Shown: piece after piece, positions 12,617-24,450 of the stretch | Position numbering within the stretch: position 1 is the stretch's first letter | How the letters are laid out: each line of letters begins with the position of its first letter | NCBI RefSeq assembly: GCF_006345805.1 | Contig: NC_043025.1 | Span: forward strand, 310,001 to 374,000 | DNA from: Octopus sinensis | Lineage: Eukaryota | DNA: 64,000 bases | Direction: 5' to 3' | Position numbers and translations under genes: made by a program | The notes under the pieces: generated by a model | Seen by the model: only the letters and a program-made list of their open reading frames with translations | Told to the model about the DNA's origin: nothing | Databases searched by the model: none

Positions 12617-12630
12617 ATAAATGTATATAG

Positions 12631-12746
12631 ATTTAAAATTAAAGATTTTAAATTATTAATTTATATTTATAAATTTATATATATATATATATATATATAT
12701 AAATTTATAAATATAAATTAATAATTTAAAATCTTTAATTTTAAAT
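12631..12746. repeat. Perfect 116-bp AT-rich palindrome centred on (AT)12
   Basis: 46-bp arms at 12631-12676 and 12701-12746 are exact reverse complements. Confidence 0.93.
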
Positions 12747-12871
12747 TTAAATAATTTAAATTTTAAATTTTATATTTTACATATTTTGTATGTTATATTA
12801 ATTATTTTTATTTCTATGTTTTGGTTTATGTTTTTCATTGTTTGATTTGCCTAATTGAAATTATATGTATA

Positions 12872-13718
12872 CTAGCAGAATTGCCCGGCGTTGCTCGGGG
12901 CTGAATTGCTTGAAAGTACTGTTAATGATTGCACTGAATTATGATGATTATTCAGGCAAATATTGATATAAGCTTACGGTGGGAGATAAGGACTTAACGA
13001 TCAAACGTGTGCCATTGCATTGTTTTGGGGGAACCAAATTTCTGATGAGCATTATAGGGGCACCAACTTTAAGTTTGAGAAAGTGTGGTGGTAGTCCGGG
13101 GTGCTCAAAGGAATTGAGTACCTCTATTGGATAGTTGATGACGTCCTCTGGGTCAGGAGTTGTATCGATAGACTGATATACATAGACTTCCCCAGGAATG
13201 AGTTTTAGCATTTCATCATTAATATGGTGAACAGTTTTATTCCTCGGGGCCAGTATAGCCTTTTTGCCAATCCAATCCATATTCTGATAATTAGCTTGTA
13301 GATCGGGGAACACTGCATCTCTGAGATCAGAAGGCGTCTTAACAATGGTACAAATGGAATCGATGGCAATTTTACCATTTTCATCCCCTGGTATTTTGCC
13401 TTCGCCAAGTGCAAGGAGGGTGTGAGGAAATGCTGCTGATGTGATATTACGTCACATCTGAGCACGCATATTGGTGTGAAGTTTGAGAGTTACTTCCGTT
13501 TATTTTTAAAAATATGCATTAAAATGGAAAAAAATGATGGTAAATTATTTGTAAAATCATAGACTCATCGTAGACGCGCGCTAATACCCAGAAGGGCTCG
13601 ATATGAATCATGACTATAAGATACCCGGTTTTGGTTAAACTGCATCGCAAAATGTGGGAGTAGTTAGGAATCTAAATCGGAGTAGACAGACACACAACCT
13701 TTCTTTTATATATAAAGA
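12872..13718 (-). mobile_element. Complete non-autonomous Helitron (847 bp) retaining a PIF1-like helicase fragment
   Basis: Minus strand starts TCTTTATATATAAAAG and ends with hairpin gccccgagcaacgccgggc plus CTAG; inserted between A and T; encodes AILAPRN...LKLKVGAPIMLIRNL...CNGTRLIV. Confidence 0.92.
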
Positions 13719-14395
13719 TTTTCGTCCTAAAAAACTTTGTATGGAGTGAATGGTTACCTCTTTGGAAATATATACACACACATTATACATACATGTGTGT
13801 ATAGATGAATATATAAATACATTTAAATATCTATATACACTTTTGGGCGATCTCTCTGTTTCTTAGAGATAACTTTAGATCTTATTTTCGTCATAAAAAA
13901 CTTTGTATGGAGTGAATGGTTACCTCTATGGAAATATATACACACACGTTATACATACATATGTGCATAGATGAATATATAAATACATTTATATATCTAT
14001 ATACACTTTTGGGCGATCTTTGTGCTACTTAGAGATAACTTTAGATCTTATTTTCGTCCTAAAAAACTTTGTGCGGAGTGAATGGTTACGTCTATGGAAA
14101 TATATACACACACATTATACATACATCTGTGTATAGATGAATATATAAATACATTTAAATATCTATATACACTTTTGGGCGATCTTTCTGCTACTTGTAT
14201 ATACTTTAGATCTTATATTCGTCCTAAAAGACTTTGTATGGAGTGAAAAGTTACCTCTATGGAAATATATACACACACATTATACATACATCTGTGTATA
14301 GATGAATATATAAATACATTTAAATATCTATATACACTTTTGGGCGATCTTTCTGCTACTTGGATATAGGTCTTATATTCGTCCTAAAAAACTTT
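13719..14395. repeat. Tandem array of about 166-bp monomers, 4 full copies plus a partial
   Basis: ttcgtc(c/a)taaaa recurs at 13721, 13887, 14053, 14218 and 14378. Confidence 0.95.
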
Positions 14396-14559
14396 CCTGT
14401 CACACACTCACGCACACGCACACACACACACGCACCCTCACACACACACACACGCGCACACACACACACACTCACACACACGCACACACACACGTTAGCT
14501 TACAATTTTATTTATATATTTGCGTGTCTATGTGTGTAAAGAGGAAGTGGCAGGGTTAA

Positions 14560-14855
14560 AAAGTCACTCACTACAAAAAGTGAATTACTTTCACTTTATT
14601 CGTTGCACACTGTGTCTGTGCGTTTGCGTGTGCTGTAGCCCACACTAAGAGAAGCATTAGACTCATGCACCACAATGTGAGTTTTCTCTAAATTTTGCTT
14701 AATTGGGGTTGAAATTTTAAAAAGTGGACCTGGCAAAACCCGATGCATTCTACTCTTAAAAATGCTAGGTAAATTGTAATTGAAGAAATCCTATATTGTA
14801 GATTTCTATAAGATACAAATGGAGGCAGATAAAATCTGCCTTTTATAATAAGAGA
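14560..14855 (-). mobile_element. Helitron/Helentron-like non-autonomous element 5' end
   Basis: Minus strand A|TCTCTTATTATAAAAG start with subterminal palindrome ggcagat-aaa-atctgcc (14824-14840); adjacent to (CA)n. Confidence 0.45.
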
Positions 14856-14869
14856 TACATAAATATAAA

Positions 14870-15048
14870 CAACTTATAAATAAGGGCAACCAAAAAATTT
14901 CTAATGCCAAATATACCGAAAAATTGGACATATAATTTTTTTCTCAGTACGCACGCTACTCGAAAAAAGGTCGACAGAAATTTCTAAAAAAATTTCATTA
15001 TTACCTTTTCGGACCGATTTCAGGGTTATTTCAAAAAGAACCCCTCCC

Positions 15049-15050
<2 letters not shown>
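14870..15050 (+). repeat. Interspersed repeat homologous to the arm of the 29912-30210 fold-back
   Basis: Shared ataagggc...ttctaatgccaaatataccgaaaaa...ttattacc...gg(a/t)cc(g/a)atttc(a/g)gggtta. Confidence 0.7.
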
Positions 15051-15088
<38 letters not shown>

Positions 15089-15189
15089 TACGTATATATA
15101 CATACAAACCAGATGTCTAAATATAGAGGACTTGTGAAACAGATTAGATACAATGAAGTGTTTTATATATACATATATTAATGGTTGTA

Positions 15190-15995
15190 CTTGATCTTAT
15201 CAATAAGAATCCAGACTGTTGCCATAGTAACAAAGCTAAAGTACACAGAATGAAGTTGCTTGGCACAGATTGACCTTTATCTCTGTTGTGCATGCACGCT
15301 AAGTTTTAACTTTCTAGCGCAATTCCACTGTTTACAGCAGTGCTTGGAAGGAAGGTGTGTAGCGTGTGATCGTCACATTGACAATGATATAGAAAGCTGA
15401 GCAGAGAATCTGCATCAAATTTTGTCAAAAGTTTGACGATTCCTGCTCAGAGGGCCCTAGAAATTTTTCAATAAATTTTTATCGTCCCTGACACAATCAA
15501 GGACATCTTGTGCATCTGAAACCCGTGTGTCCTTTTGGTCCGCTGAAAGCAGTTTTGGCAGACAGGCGTCTCAAACCCAAATCTTCTGTGGTAATGGACC
15601 GAACCGTAACTAACCTGCACATCCTCTGATAATTCAAGGATGGTAATTCGACGGTTTACCCACACAACTGTACGCACATCAGCAATGTTTTTTCTCAGTT
15701 CTGCTCGTTGCAGATCTTCCAGAATGTTCGTCAATATCGACATTTTCGGCCATACTTAAAATGTCTGAACCACTCTTACATGTGTGTGTGGCTCATACAC
15801 TCCTCTCCATACACTTTCTGCAACTTTACGTAGGCTTCCAAGCACTGCTGTAAACAGCGGATATGAGCTAGAACATAAAAAATTAGTGCGCATGTACAGC
15901 ACAGATTGAGATCAATCTTTGCCAAGCGGCTTCACTCTGCGTGTTTTTGCTTCGTTACTATAGCAACAGTCTGGATACTTATTGATCAGACCTCG
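15190..15995. mobile_element. Decayed Tc1/mariner element with inverted termini and transposase N-terminal remnants
   Basis: Inverted atcaataag(a/t)atccagactgttg termini, right end cctcg|ta; EQRICIKFCQK on + strand and W(F)..F..GR...D..RSG-like relic on - strand. Confidence 0.75.
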
Positions 15996-16339
15996 TATAT
16001 AGACACAAAGTTGTGTACATATATAGTTTTGTTCAGCAGAAATGGAGTCTAGAAGTGAAGTATGGTTTTGGAATATATGTGGTGCACTGCTTTTGTAATA
16101 TATCAGAGTCAAGACGTATATTTAACAAAATCTGTATAAATATACACGTGTGTGTGTCTGCGTAGCACTTATACACACATAAATCTGTCCAAACGTGGTT
16201 CTTTAAAATAGAAATTGTGAGACACTCATGGAGGTCACTGCAGAGTTTCATAATATTTTGTCCTGTAAACATGTATACCATGTAAAAATTGATATACATG
16301 AATGTTATTGATGAAATGTGTTTATATTTTGTTCCATAG

Positions 16340-16482
16340 ATGTCGCTGGTGTCAAAAGAACATGGCCACCGTGAGACTGCAACCATGTGGAGATCTTGTT
16401 CTCTGCGAGAATTGTTCTTCTGAAATGACATTTAAGAGATGCCCCATGTGTCGAGGATACACACTCAGCAAAAGTGAATTTG
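16340..16482 (+). CDS. Internal exon; RING finger of MIB/IAP (C3HC4-like) type, CRWC-x11-CGD-x3-CENC-x8-CPMCR
   Basis: Acceptor tttatattttgttccatag| and donor |gtaaga at 16483; phase 2 in (CA+A = Gln), phase 1 out; Cys spacing C-x2-C-x11-C-x-D-x3-C-x2-C-x8-C-x2-C. Confidence 0.9.
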
Positions 16483-17980
16483 GTAAGATAATATTTGGGG
16501 CTCTGTTTGTTGTCTTGTTGACCTTATTGTGTGGAATAATGTGCTTCGTGTAGACCCAGGTATGTCATAATGGGACAGATTTATGATAGGTGTCCCTGAG
16601 GTCTTTTCTTTGTGACAGTATATCTATCACTACATCCACTAAATATTGCCTTTACCTAATTTTGAGATGTCACACTTCAAGATGTCTGTCAGGATATGTT
16701 GTTTAGGTACGTACCCTGAATGTCTCTTTAGGTACGTACCCTGAATTATAAGAAATTAACAAGATTAAAAATCAAATCTCTAACATTATAAGTATAATGA
16801 TCATTAACGTTGATTAAATATTAAATTTAGTATTGAACGGTGAACATCTGTTTGCATTTAAACAAAATATTGGTGTTGACATAAAATATAAAGATAGGAA
16901 TAAAATATGAGTTCCCTGTGTGACTTGATCTCACAAATCCTTGTTTGTATCTATATATAATATACACTTATTACATTGTTTGAACAACATTTACCATCCA
17001 TATAGTCATTATTTTTCTCACTCTTGTTAGATTTTTAGATGATATTAATGCTAAAAGAGGCACAATTTTCTGAATGTTTCACCCTTTGGTCTTGATTGTT
17101 GCGTTCAAATTATTTAATGAAAGATAGTCATTGTTATTTGACCAGGAAATGAATTAATCATTAGTATTTGGCAGTGGACTTGGTTATATCTTTCTTCGTT
17201 TGCTCATGGAACTACCATAATATTAGCTGTGCTGAGACACAATCATATTCATAGTAATGAAGGTTATATGTTCTTTACTCAGATTATATACAATCTATAT
17301 TGATATCTAGTATTGCACCGTCAAGCACAGTGCCATTGTATCACATATATACCCAATTATCATGATAATTAATAAGCTATAATTCATTAACTCTCTTACA
17401 TTTGTATGTATGAAATGTAAACTTATTTTGTCATAGGAACATTGTGTACCCTCACCTAACATTTTACAACTTGTTAGGGATCATGTTGTGGAGATGATTT
17501 TTAGGGGACAGATTGTGTGTGGGATGGAGGGTATGCACATAAAGAACATGTCTTTATGGGCTCAGTTTTACTTAATTAGAGAGGAATGTTGATTAGTGAA
17601 TTCTAGAGATGAGAGTACTGTGCCATGCCATAGGTTTGGAACAGTTATAAGAAAAGAAAGACAAAGCTAAGAGAAAACTCTTATCAAGTGTTAATTAAAT
17701 GAGATAATTGCAACATTGTTAGAATATTTAATGTGTTTTTAGAGAGAGAGAGAGAGAGAGGGTGGATTTAGGAATGTTAGTCTCTTTTATTGTGGACATA
17801 TTGGGCTATTACATGGGACCACTGTAGAAAGTACAGAAATATTGACCAAAACCATAATGGTCAACATTTGACCGGTAAGGTCACCAATTGAATGACTCAC
17901 AATAACAAGATAGAGTTTAATAAAAATAAAGATGAAGAAAGTTTATTTTTAAATGTAAAACTTGGAAATATTTATTTCAG

Positions 17981-18058
17981 AGGCTCCAAAGTTTGAAGAC
18001 AGGTGTGTAAAAAAAGAGGCTACATGTCAGGAATTAGGGGCTGCATCTCAGGCAATAG
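17981..18058 (+). CDS. 78-nt symmetric phase-1 linker exon (EAPKFEDRCVKKEATCQELGAASQAI), mini-exon array unit 1
   Basis: Canonical ggaaatatttatttcag| acceptor and |gtgagt donor; 3n length, open frame, phase-compatible with the RING and death-domain exons. Confidence 0.7.
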
Positions 18059-18304
18059 GTGAGTATAAAATAATAGTTCCCAATTGATTTCTGTAAGGTT
18101 ACTTCCCCCGAGGATTTTCTGCTCGAAAGAATAACTGAAAACAGCTTCCATTCCTATTTTCCAATTGAACGATTATCTGTATAATAATTGAATTAAAGAT
18201 ATCGATTTACTGAGAGTTTATGAAATACCCATTGAGGTTAATGCTGTTGGTAATAATGTTCAAATTAGAAGACACAATAGAGTTAAATTTGTCAATTGGT
18301 CACA

Positions 18305-18700
18305 GAACTCATCATCATCATCATTATCATCATCATCATCATTTAACATCCGTTTCTTATGGCGGCATGGGTCGGACGATTTCACTGGCAAGGCAGTAGG
18401 CTGCGCCAGGCTCCAATGTGATCTGGCAAGGTTTCCACATATGTATGCCATTCCTAATGCCAACCACTCTGAGAGTGTGGTGGGTGCTTTTTACGTGCCA
18501 CCGACACAGGAGCCAGTCGGGGTGGGGGCTGGCATCGACCACATTCGGATGGTGCTTTTTACGTGCCAGCGGCACAGGGAACTAGTCAGGCGGCAGTGAC
18601 AAGGACCTATGCTTCTATGGTACTTATAACGTGACACAGGAACAGGTGCCAGTCAGGCGGCACTGGCATCGGTCACAACTACAATTTCCATTTTGATTTC
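18305..18700 (-). mobile_element. Old RTE-3'-UTR-type element with (GAT)n tail
   Basis: (CAT)n followed by sequence homologous to 5040-5330. Confidence 0.7.
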
Positions 18701-20039
18701 GATCTTGAATTGCTTTTGATTTTTCATTTCTGTTATTGCCTGGTGGACTATGATGAAAACGAGGGGTTTAGGAATGATCCCTAGTGAACTCCTACTTCTA
18801 TCCGGAATTCTTCACTATACTCATTGCCGATCCTCACCTTACTACAGGGCTCTTCAACTCTTATAATCGCTCGTCAATCCCTAGTTTCCGCATTAGCTGT
18901 AAAAAGGATTCTATTAAATATTCCACTGAAATTTCATAAAATCAAGGTTAACGTGGTTGGTAAAATGGTTAAATAAGAAGACATAATAGAGTTAAGGATG
19001 TCTTTTAGGACAGAGAACTAAAATATTTCGTTGTTTATTTGTAAACAGGTGAGGTAACGAGAAAGATTTTGTTTCTTTTGCTACTAAGGTCTTTCCTAAG
19101 TTTTCTGATAGTTTATTGTTGTTGTTATTATGTAGCCAGATGTCTATCAGGATATGTTGTTTAGGTACGTGCCCTGAATGTCTCAGGTCAGAATAGCATT
19201 GTTATAAATTAAAGAATTTAAAAATCAAATCTCTAAGATTATAAGTATAATGATCATTAACGTTGATTAAATATCAAATTTAGTATTGAACGGTGAACAT
19301 CTGTTTGCATTTAAAAATATTGGTGTTGACATAAAATACAAAGATAGGAATTAAATATGAGTTCCCTGTGTGACTTGATCTCACAAATCCTTGTTTGTAA
19401 CTATATATAATATACACTTATTACATTGTTTGAACAACATTTACCATCCATATAGTCATTCTTTTTCTCACTCTTGTTAGATTTTAGATGATATTAATGC
19501 TAAAAGAGGCACAATTTTCTGAATGTTTCACCCTTTGGTCTTGATTGTTGCGTTCAAATTATTTAATGAAAGATAGTCATTGTTATTTGACCAGGAAATG
19601 AATTAATCATTAGTATTTGGCAGTGGACTTGGTTATATCTTTCTTCGTTTGCTCATGGAACTACCATAATATTAGCTGTGCTGAGACACAATCATATTCA
19701 TTGTAATGAAGGCTATATGTTCTTTACTCAGATTATATACAATCTATATTGATATCTAGTATTGCACCATCAAGCACAGTGCCATTGTATCACATATATA
19801 CCCAATTATCATGATAATTAATAAGCTATAATTCATTAACTCTCTTACATTTGTATGTCTGAAATATAAACTTATTTTGTCATAGGAGCATCGTGTACCC
19901 TCACCTAACATTTTATATCTTGTTAGGGATCATGTTGGGGAAGGGTGTATGGAATTTAGCTTGTGGAGATGTTTTTTAGGGGACAGATTGTGTTCAGGGT
20001 GGGGGGTATGCACATAAAGGACATGCCTTGATGGCCTCG

Positions 20040-20520
20040 ATGTTACTTAGCCAGTTGGGTCTTTTCAAGCACAGAAAATTGCTGATTGTCTCAGTCGTTT
20101 TAGTTATCTTCCCGTGTGAAGCTCAGCATCTGAACATCATTTCTCACCACTTTGCCCCATGTCTTCCTCAGTCTTCCTCTTCCTCAGCTTCTCTCCACAT
20201 TTAGAGATCCGCATCTCTTTATGCTGATCACCTCATCCATATGCATCACATAACCATACTATGAAAGATCTCTCTTTTGAACTCTACATCGGATGACTCT
20301 TATACCCAGATTTGCTCTTAAGACATTTCCACTGCGACTTACCTGAACACTGATGTTGTACATCCAGTGAAGCATGCTGGCTTCATTTGACTCCGACCCT
20401 TTGCATGTCTTCTATCTTCACAGCCTATCTTTCATTATTGTGTTGTACATCTGTCCGTACACAGGTCTCATACAATCTGCTTTCCACTCTTAGGGAGAAG
20501 CCCTTCGTTACCAACAGAGT
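20040..20520 (-). mobile_element. Degenerate RTE LINE fragment
   Basis: Homologous to 5900-6310 (KGFSL...LY...CVR; GRPRKTWG..VR). Confidence 0.7.
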
Positions 20521-20641
20521 GGGGGGATTTGGGTCGGTTAATCTTGACTATTGGCTATAGGAATATTTCACAATTATAAAATATCGATGTTCATTAAAGA
20601 AATTTTACTATAAAGTATAATCTTGGAAATATTTATTTCAG

Positions 20642-20692
20642 CAAGGCCAATATTTGAAGACAAAGAGGTCCAGACAGTAGAAGAACCACGTG
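20642..20692 (+). pseudogene. Paralogous 51-nt phase-1 mini-exon (ARPIFEDKEVQTVEEPR) with dead donor, array unit 2
   Basis: Same ggaaatatttatttcag| acceptor; open 3n frame; donor reads |ctgagtata where paralogues have |gtgagtata; downstream intron is homologous to the other units. Confidence 0.6.
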
Positions 20693-22719
20693 CTGAGTAT
20701 AGAATGACATTACATAATTGATTTCTATAAATTTTAGCTTTTACTGAGCTATTTTGGTCAATAGAATGACCGAGAACAGGTTCCAATGTTATATTTCATT
20801 TGAATGCTTAGCTATAAAGAAATTCTGTTCTTCTACAACAACACGAATATCCAATAAATGTACTTTATGCAAACATCAGTTACTCATTCACTCGCAGAAC
20901 GAAAGATTCAAAAATTAAATATAAACCCTGAAACGGTTCTCTCCCGTTAAGGAGAATATTCGCCCTGTTTGTCATCTCATTGTACTCATTCATTCTCTCT
21001 CTCTCTCATTCATGCTCTTTCTCTCCGTCTTTTCAAGAAAGATGCTGGTTAAAAGTTTCAATACAATAAATGATATCATCTTCATCTTTTCTCATCTGCT
21101 CTCCATGCTCCCATACACTAGGTGGGTCATCACTGTCCAAGTCAGTTGTATCTGAAATTACTGCCAACCGTCATTTGTTGAGGAAAACATCTCACTTAAA
21201 CATTGCAGCTTTTCTAAGGTGGTAGACCCTTTCTAACCCCAACCACTTTATAAAGGGTCCTGGGTATATTTTATTGTCGCACAAGCATTAGAAATGATCA
21301 TCAATTTCCCAACAATATCAAACGTTCCTTTCAAACTTGTGGTGTCATCTTTCCTAGTTTCCACCAGCCACTTCCTAGTGTGTTCTGGGAGCATTTAATT
21401 ATAGCACAAGTAGTAATCAAGTTGTGTTACATTCTATATAATTAGACGGTCCTCACTACTCTATGATGTTTTATTTCACTGAAGCTGATGACATTTTCAG
21501 GAGGTGAGAAGGGAATGTGATGACAAAAGAATCAGGATGCGGGGAGAGAAATTTGCAATACCCCCTCTCCCGGCTGTGGGGTCTTTGTCTTACATGTCTT
21601 TTGGCTAAGTATGCCAGTACTTGTGCTTTATACAAAGGGGTCACGTACACTCTGTGGGGTGGTTGGCATCAATAAGAGCATCCTACCGTAGAAAACCATG
21701 CCAAAGAAACCATCTGGGGCCTGGTGCAGTTGTCTGGCTTGTCAGATCCTGTCAAGATTTCCAACCCATTCCAGCATGGAAAACAAACTTTGAATGTTGA
21801 TGATGATGATGCTGTCTTCCAGTAACTCATCATAATTCTTTGTCTTAGATTGTTACAGTAGTTTCCTGTCTGGTATAAAATATTAGCTCAGTATAATAAT
21901 ATCGATTGTGAAAACCGGTTCAGTGATTTTGATAACATTCATATTGAACAGAGAACATATGTTCACATTTGAACAAAACATTGATGTTAACATATGCAAT
22001 ACATGGAAAGGAATGAACGTATGAGATTCCAGTGTGACTTGAACTCACAACTCTTTTCTAACTATATATATATATAATTATCGCTTGTTACGATGTTTGA
22101 ATAACGTTTACTGTCCATATATAGACATCGTTATACTGACAATTGTTGGCTTTGAGATGGTTTCAATTGTAAGAGAGTCACTGTTTTCAGTCTTTCACAT
22201 TTTGGTTTTACTTCCGACTTGATTGTTATGTTGAAATTAGATCATGGAACCTGGTCATTGTTATTTGACCAAGAAAAGAATTCATCATTAGTATTCGGTA
22301 CTGGAAATGGTTACATTTTTCTATGGTTTCTCATGGAACTACCATAATATCAACTGTGCTGAGACACAACCATATTAATTGTAACAAATGTCACATGTTC
22401 TTCACACAGAGTTTATACAATCTATATTGATAGTTAGTGTTTAAACGCCGCATTAACATGATAATTAATCAGCTATCATTCATTAACTCTCTTACATTTG
22501 TCTGTCTGGAAGTTTCATAGCATTATCTTGTACCCTCATCTGATATTTTACACCTTGTTACCCTCAAAGTTAACATAACTTTTATATGGGTACACAACCA
22601 CATCCCTACGAACTAGTTTTTACAGCTGTATGCCCTTCCCACAATAATAAAGTGTTGATTATCAATAACTATAATGAAATTATACTATAAAACGTAAAAC
22701 TTGAAAATATTCATTTCAA

Positions 22720-22767
22720 AGACTCCAACTTCTGTGAAGGATGCCTTGACAACATCACAGCCAGTTG
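22720..22767 (+). pseudogene. Paralogous 48-nt phase-1 mini-exon (ETPTSVKDALTTSQPV) with dead acceptor, array unit 3
   Basis: Acceptor reads gaaaatattcatttcaa| (AG changed to AA); donor |gtgaga intact; open 3n frame; flanking introns homologous to the other units. Confidence 0.55.
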
Positions 22768-23559
22768 GTGAGAAGCAAATAACAGTACCTCATGGATTTC
22801 TATGAATTTAACCTTCACCTGAGCATTTGTAGTTTATCAGAATGACTGAGGACAAGATCCATTCCTAATTTACATCTGAAATATTAGCTGTATAATAATT
22901 CTATTAGACATTTTGATATCAATGGAATTTCACAAAATAGTCAACGGGGTTGGCATGGTTCGGAAAATGGATAATTTAGAAGACAATAGAATTAATACTG
23001 TATTTTGAAACGGAGGACTAAAATATGTAGTTACTAAGTTTACTGATAGGTTATTGCTGTTGTTGCTATTTAGGCAAATGTCTCTCATAATGTGACAGAT
23101 TTACAATGAAATGTGTTCCGTATGTGAACACCCTGCCTTTTTCTTTCACTGATAATAAATTTATCATTACATCCCCTAAACATTGTCTTTATCCATGTAA
23201 AAGTATTAGGTTTGATGTTGAGACAACCGTTCTCTCTCTCCCTCTCTCTCCAAGATAGACACTGATGACCCTCATCATTTATCATCTGATGTCTATGCTC
23301 CTATCGATTGGATGGATGATTCCTATCCATGTCAGTTCTTATTAACAAATACTGTCCGCCTTGATTGGATGAGGAACACATTCCGGCTTTTCTATGGTGA
23401 TGTGCCTTTCCTAACATCAACCACTTTAAAAAGGGCCTTGGGCACAATTTTGCTCCAAAAGCCCTAGAAAAATGATCATGTCGTCAACAAAATTAAACGC
23501 TCCTCTTTAACTTCTACAAGGAAATTCTGTTTGCAGATACTGAGAACAGAAAGCTAAAA

Positions 23560-24450
23560 TACAATAAAGATGAACTGGATGGATATATGCAGGAGATCCA
23601 AAGCAAAAGCAATGATTCCCATTCATAGACAGTTTGAAATGTCCATTGAAACCAGCAATCAAATACCGATTGATTAGTTCAGACTAATTTCAACCTTGAA
23701 TATTGATGGCGAGATTTACAAGGTTGTATTCACAAAGAGATCAACTGTAAATCTACAGAATAATGAATATGGGACTAAAAGTATCTCGAAGACTGGAATC
23801 CTCTGGCATTCCTGGCTGTGTGGAACCTGTGTCTTAAATCTAGGATGTGATACAAGACGGAAAGAAGATTAAAAGGGATTGAATGTTGTGTGATTTGATC
23901 TGGTTTATGGTTCTCTAGCAAACAAATTGTTGATGGAAGCAGTGGACCTGTTTTATATATGAGAAAAGATTAAGGATCTGATGAGGAGCTGCTATAACAA
24001 TTTCAATATGCAGTTCTTGAGGAAAACTTTCTCGGCAGACTGGTATCATTTTGAAACGGGAATTGCTGTAGTTTCTACAATATCAGTCATTTGGTTTGTG
24101 ATTGTTATGGAGATGTTACTTAAATCAGCAGATTGATAAGAAATGGCTCAAAGGAAAACACTCGAGAAGACATTAATGGATTACATAACAATAGTAACAA
24201 CAAATAAAAGGATATGCAAATAGTTCTGGATTAACTGGGTAGACTGAGGAACTTGGTGAAGAATGTGATTCAATGCAAATGAGTAATGAAGCCAGTCATT
24301 TCTGAAAGGTCAGCAGAAACAAGTGAAGGTCAAAATAGCAGGAGAAACCCTGATGAAGTTTAAAGGGAAACTTGAAAAACTATTACGACGATGGTACACT
24401 ACCTAATTTTGCAATAAGAGTAAAGGCATTGAGATCAAGTCACAGAACGA
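23560..24450 (+). mobile_element. Decayed RT fragment of an RLE-type (R2/NeSL/HERO-like) non-LTR element
   Basis: Relics such as GIPGCVE, DL..YGSL.NKLL, DWYHFETGI, TISVIWFVIVMEMLLKSA and FMD-like motifs, with many stops. Confidence 0.5.

Noticed and set aside
13719-14395. CRISPR-like array
   Set aside because: Whole 166-bp monomers repeat with no unique spacers, and the context is eukaryotic.
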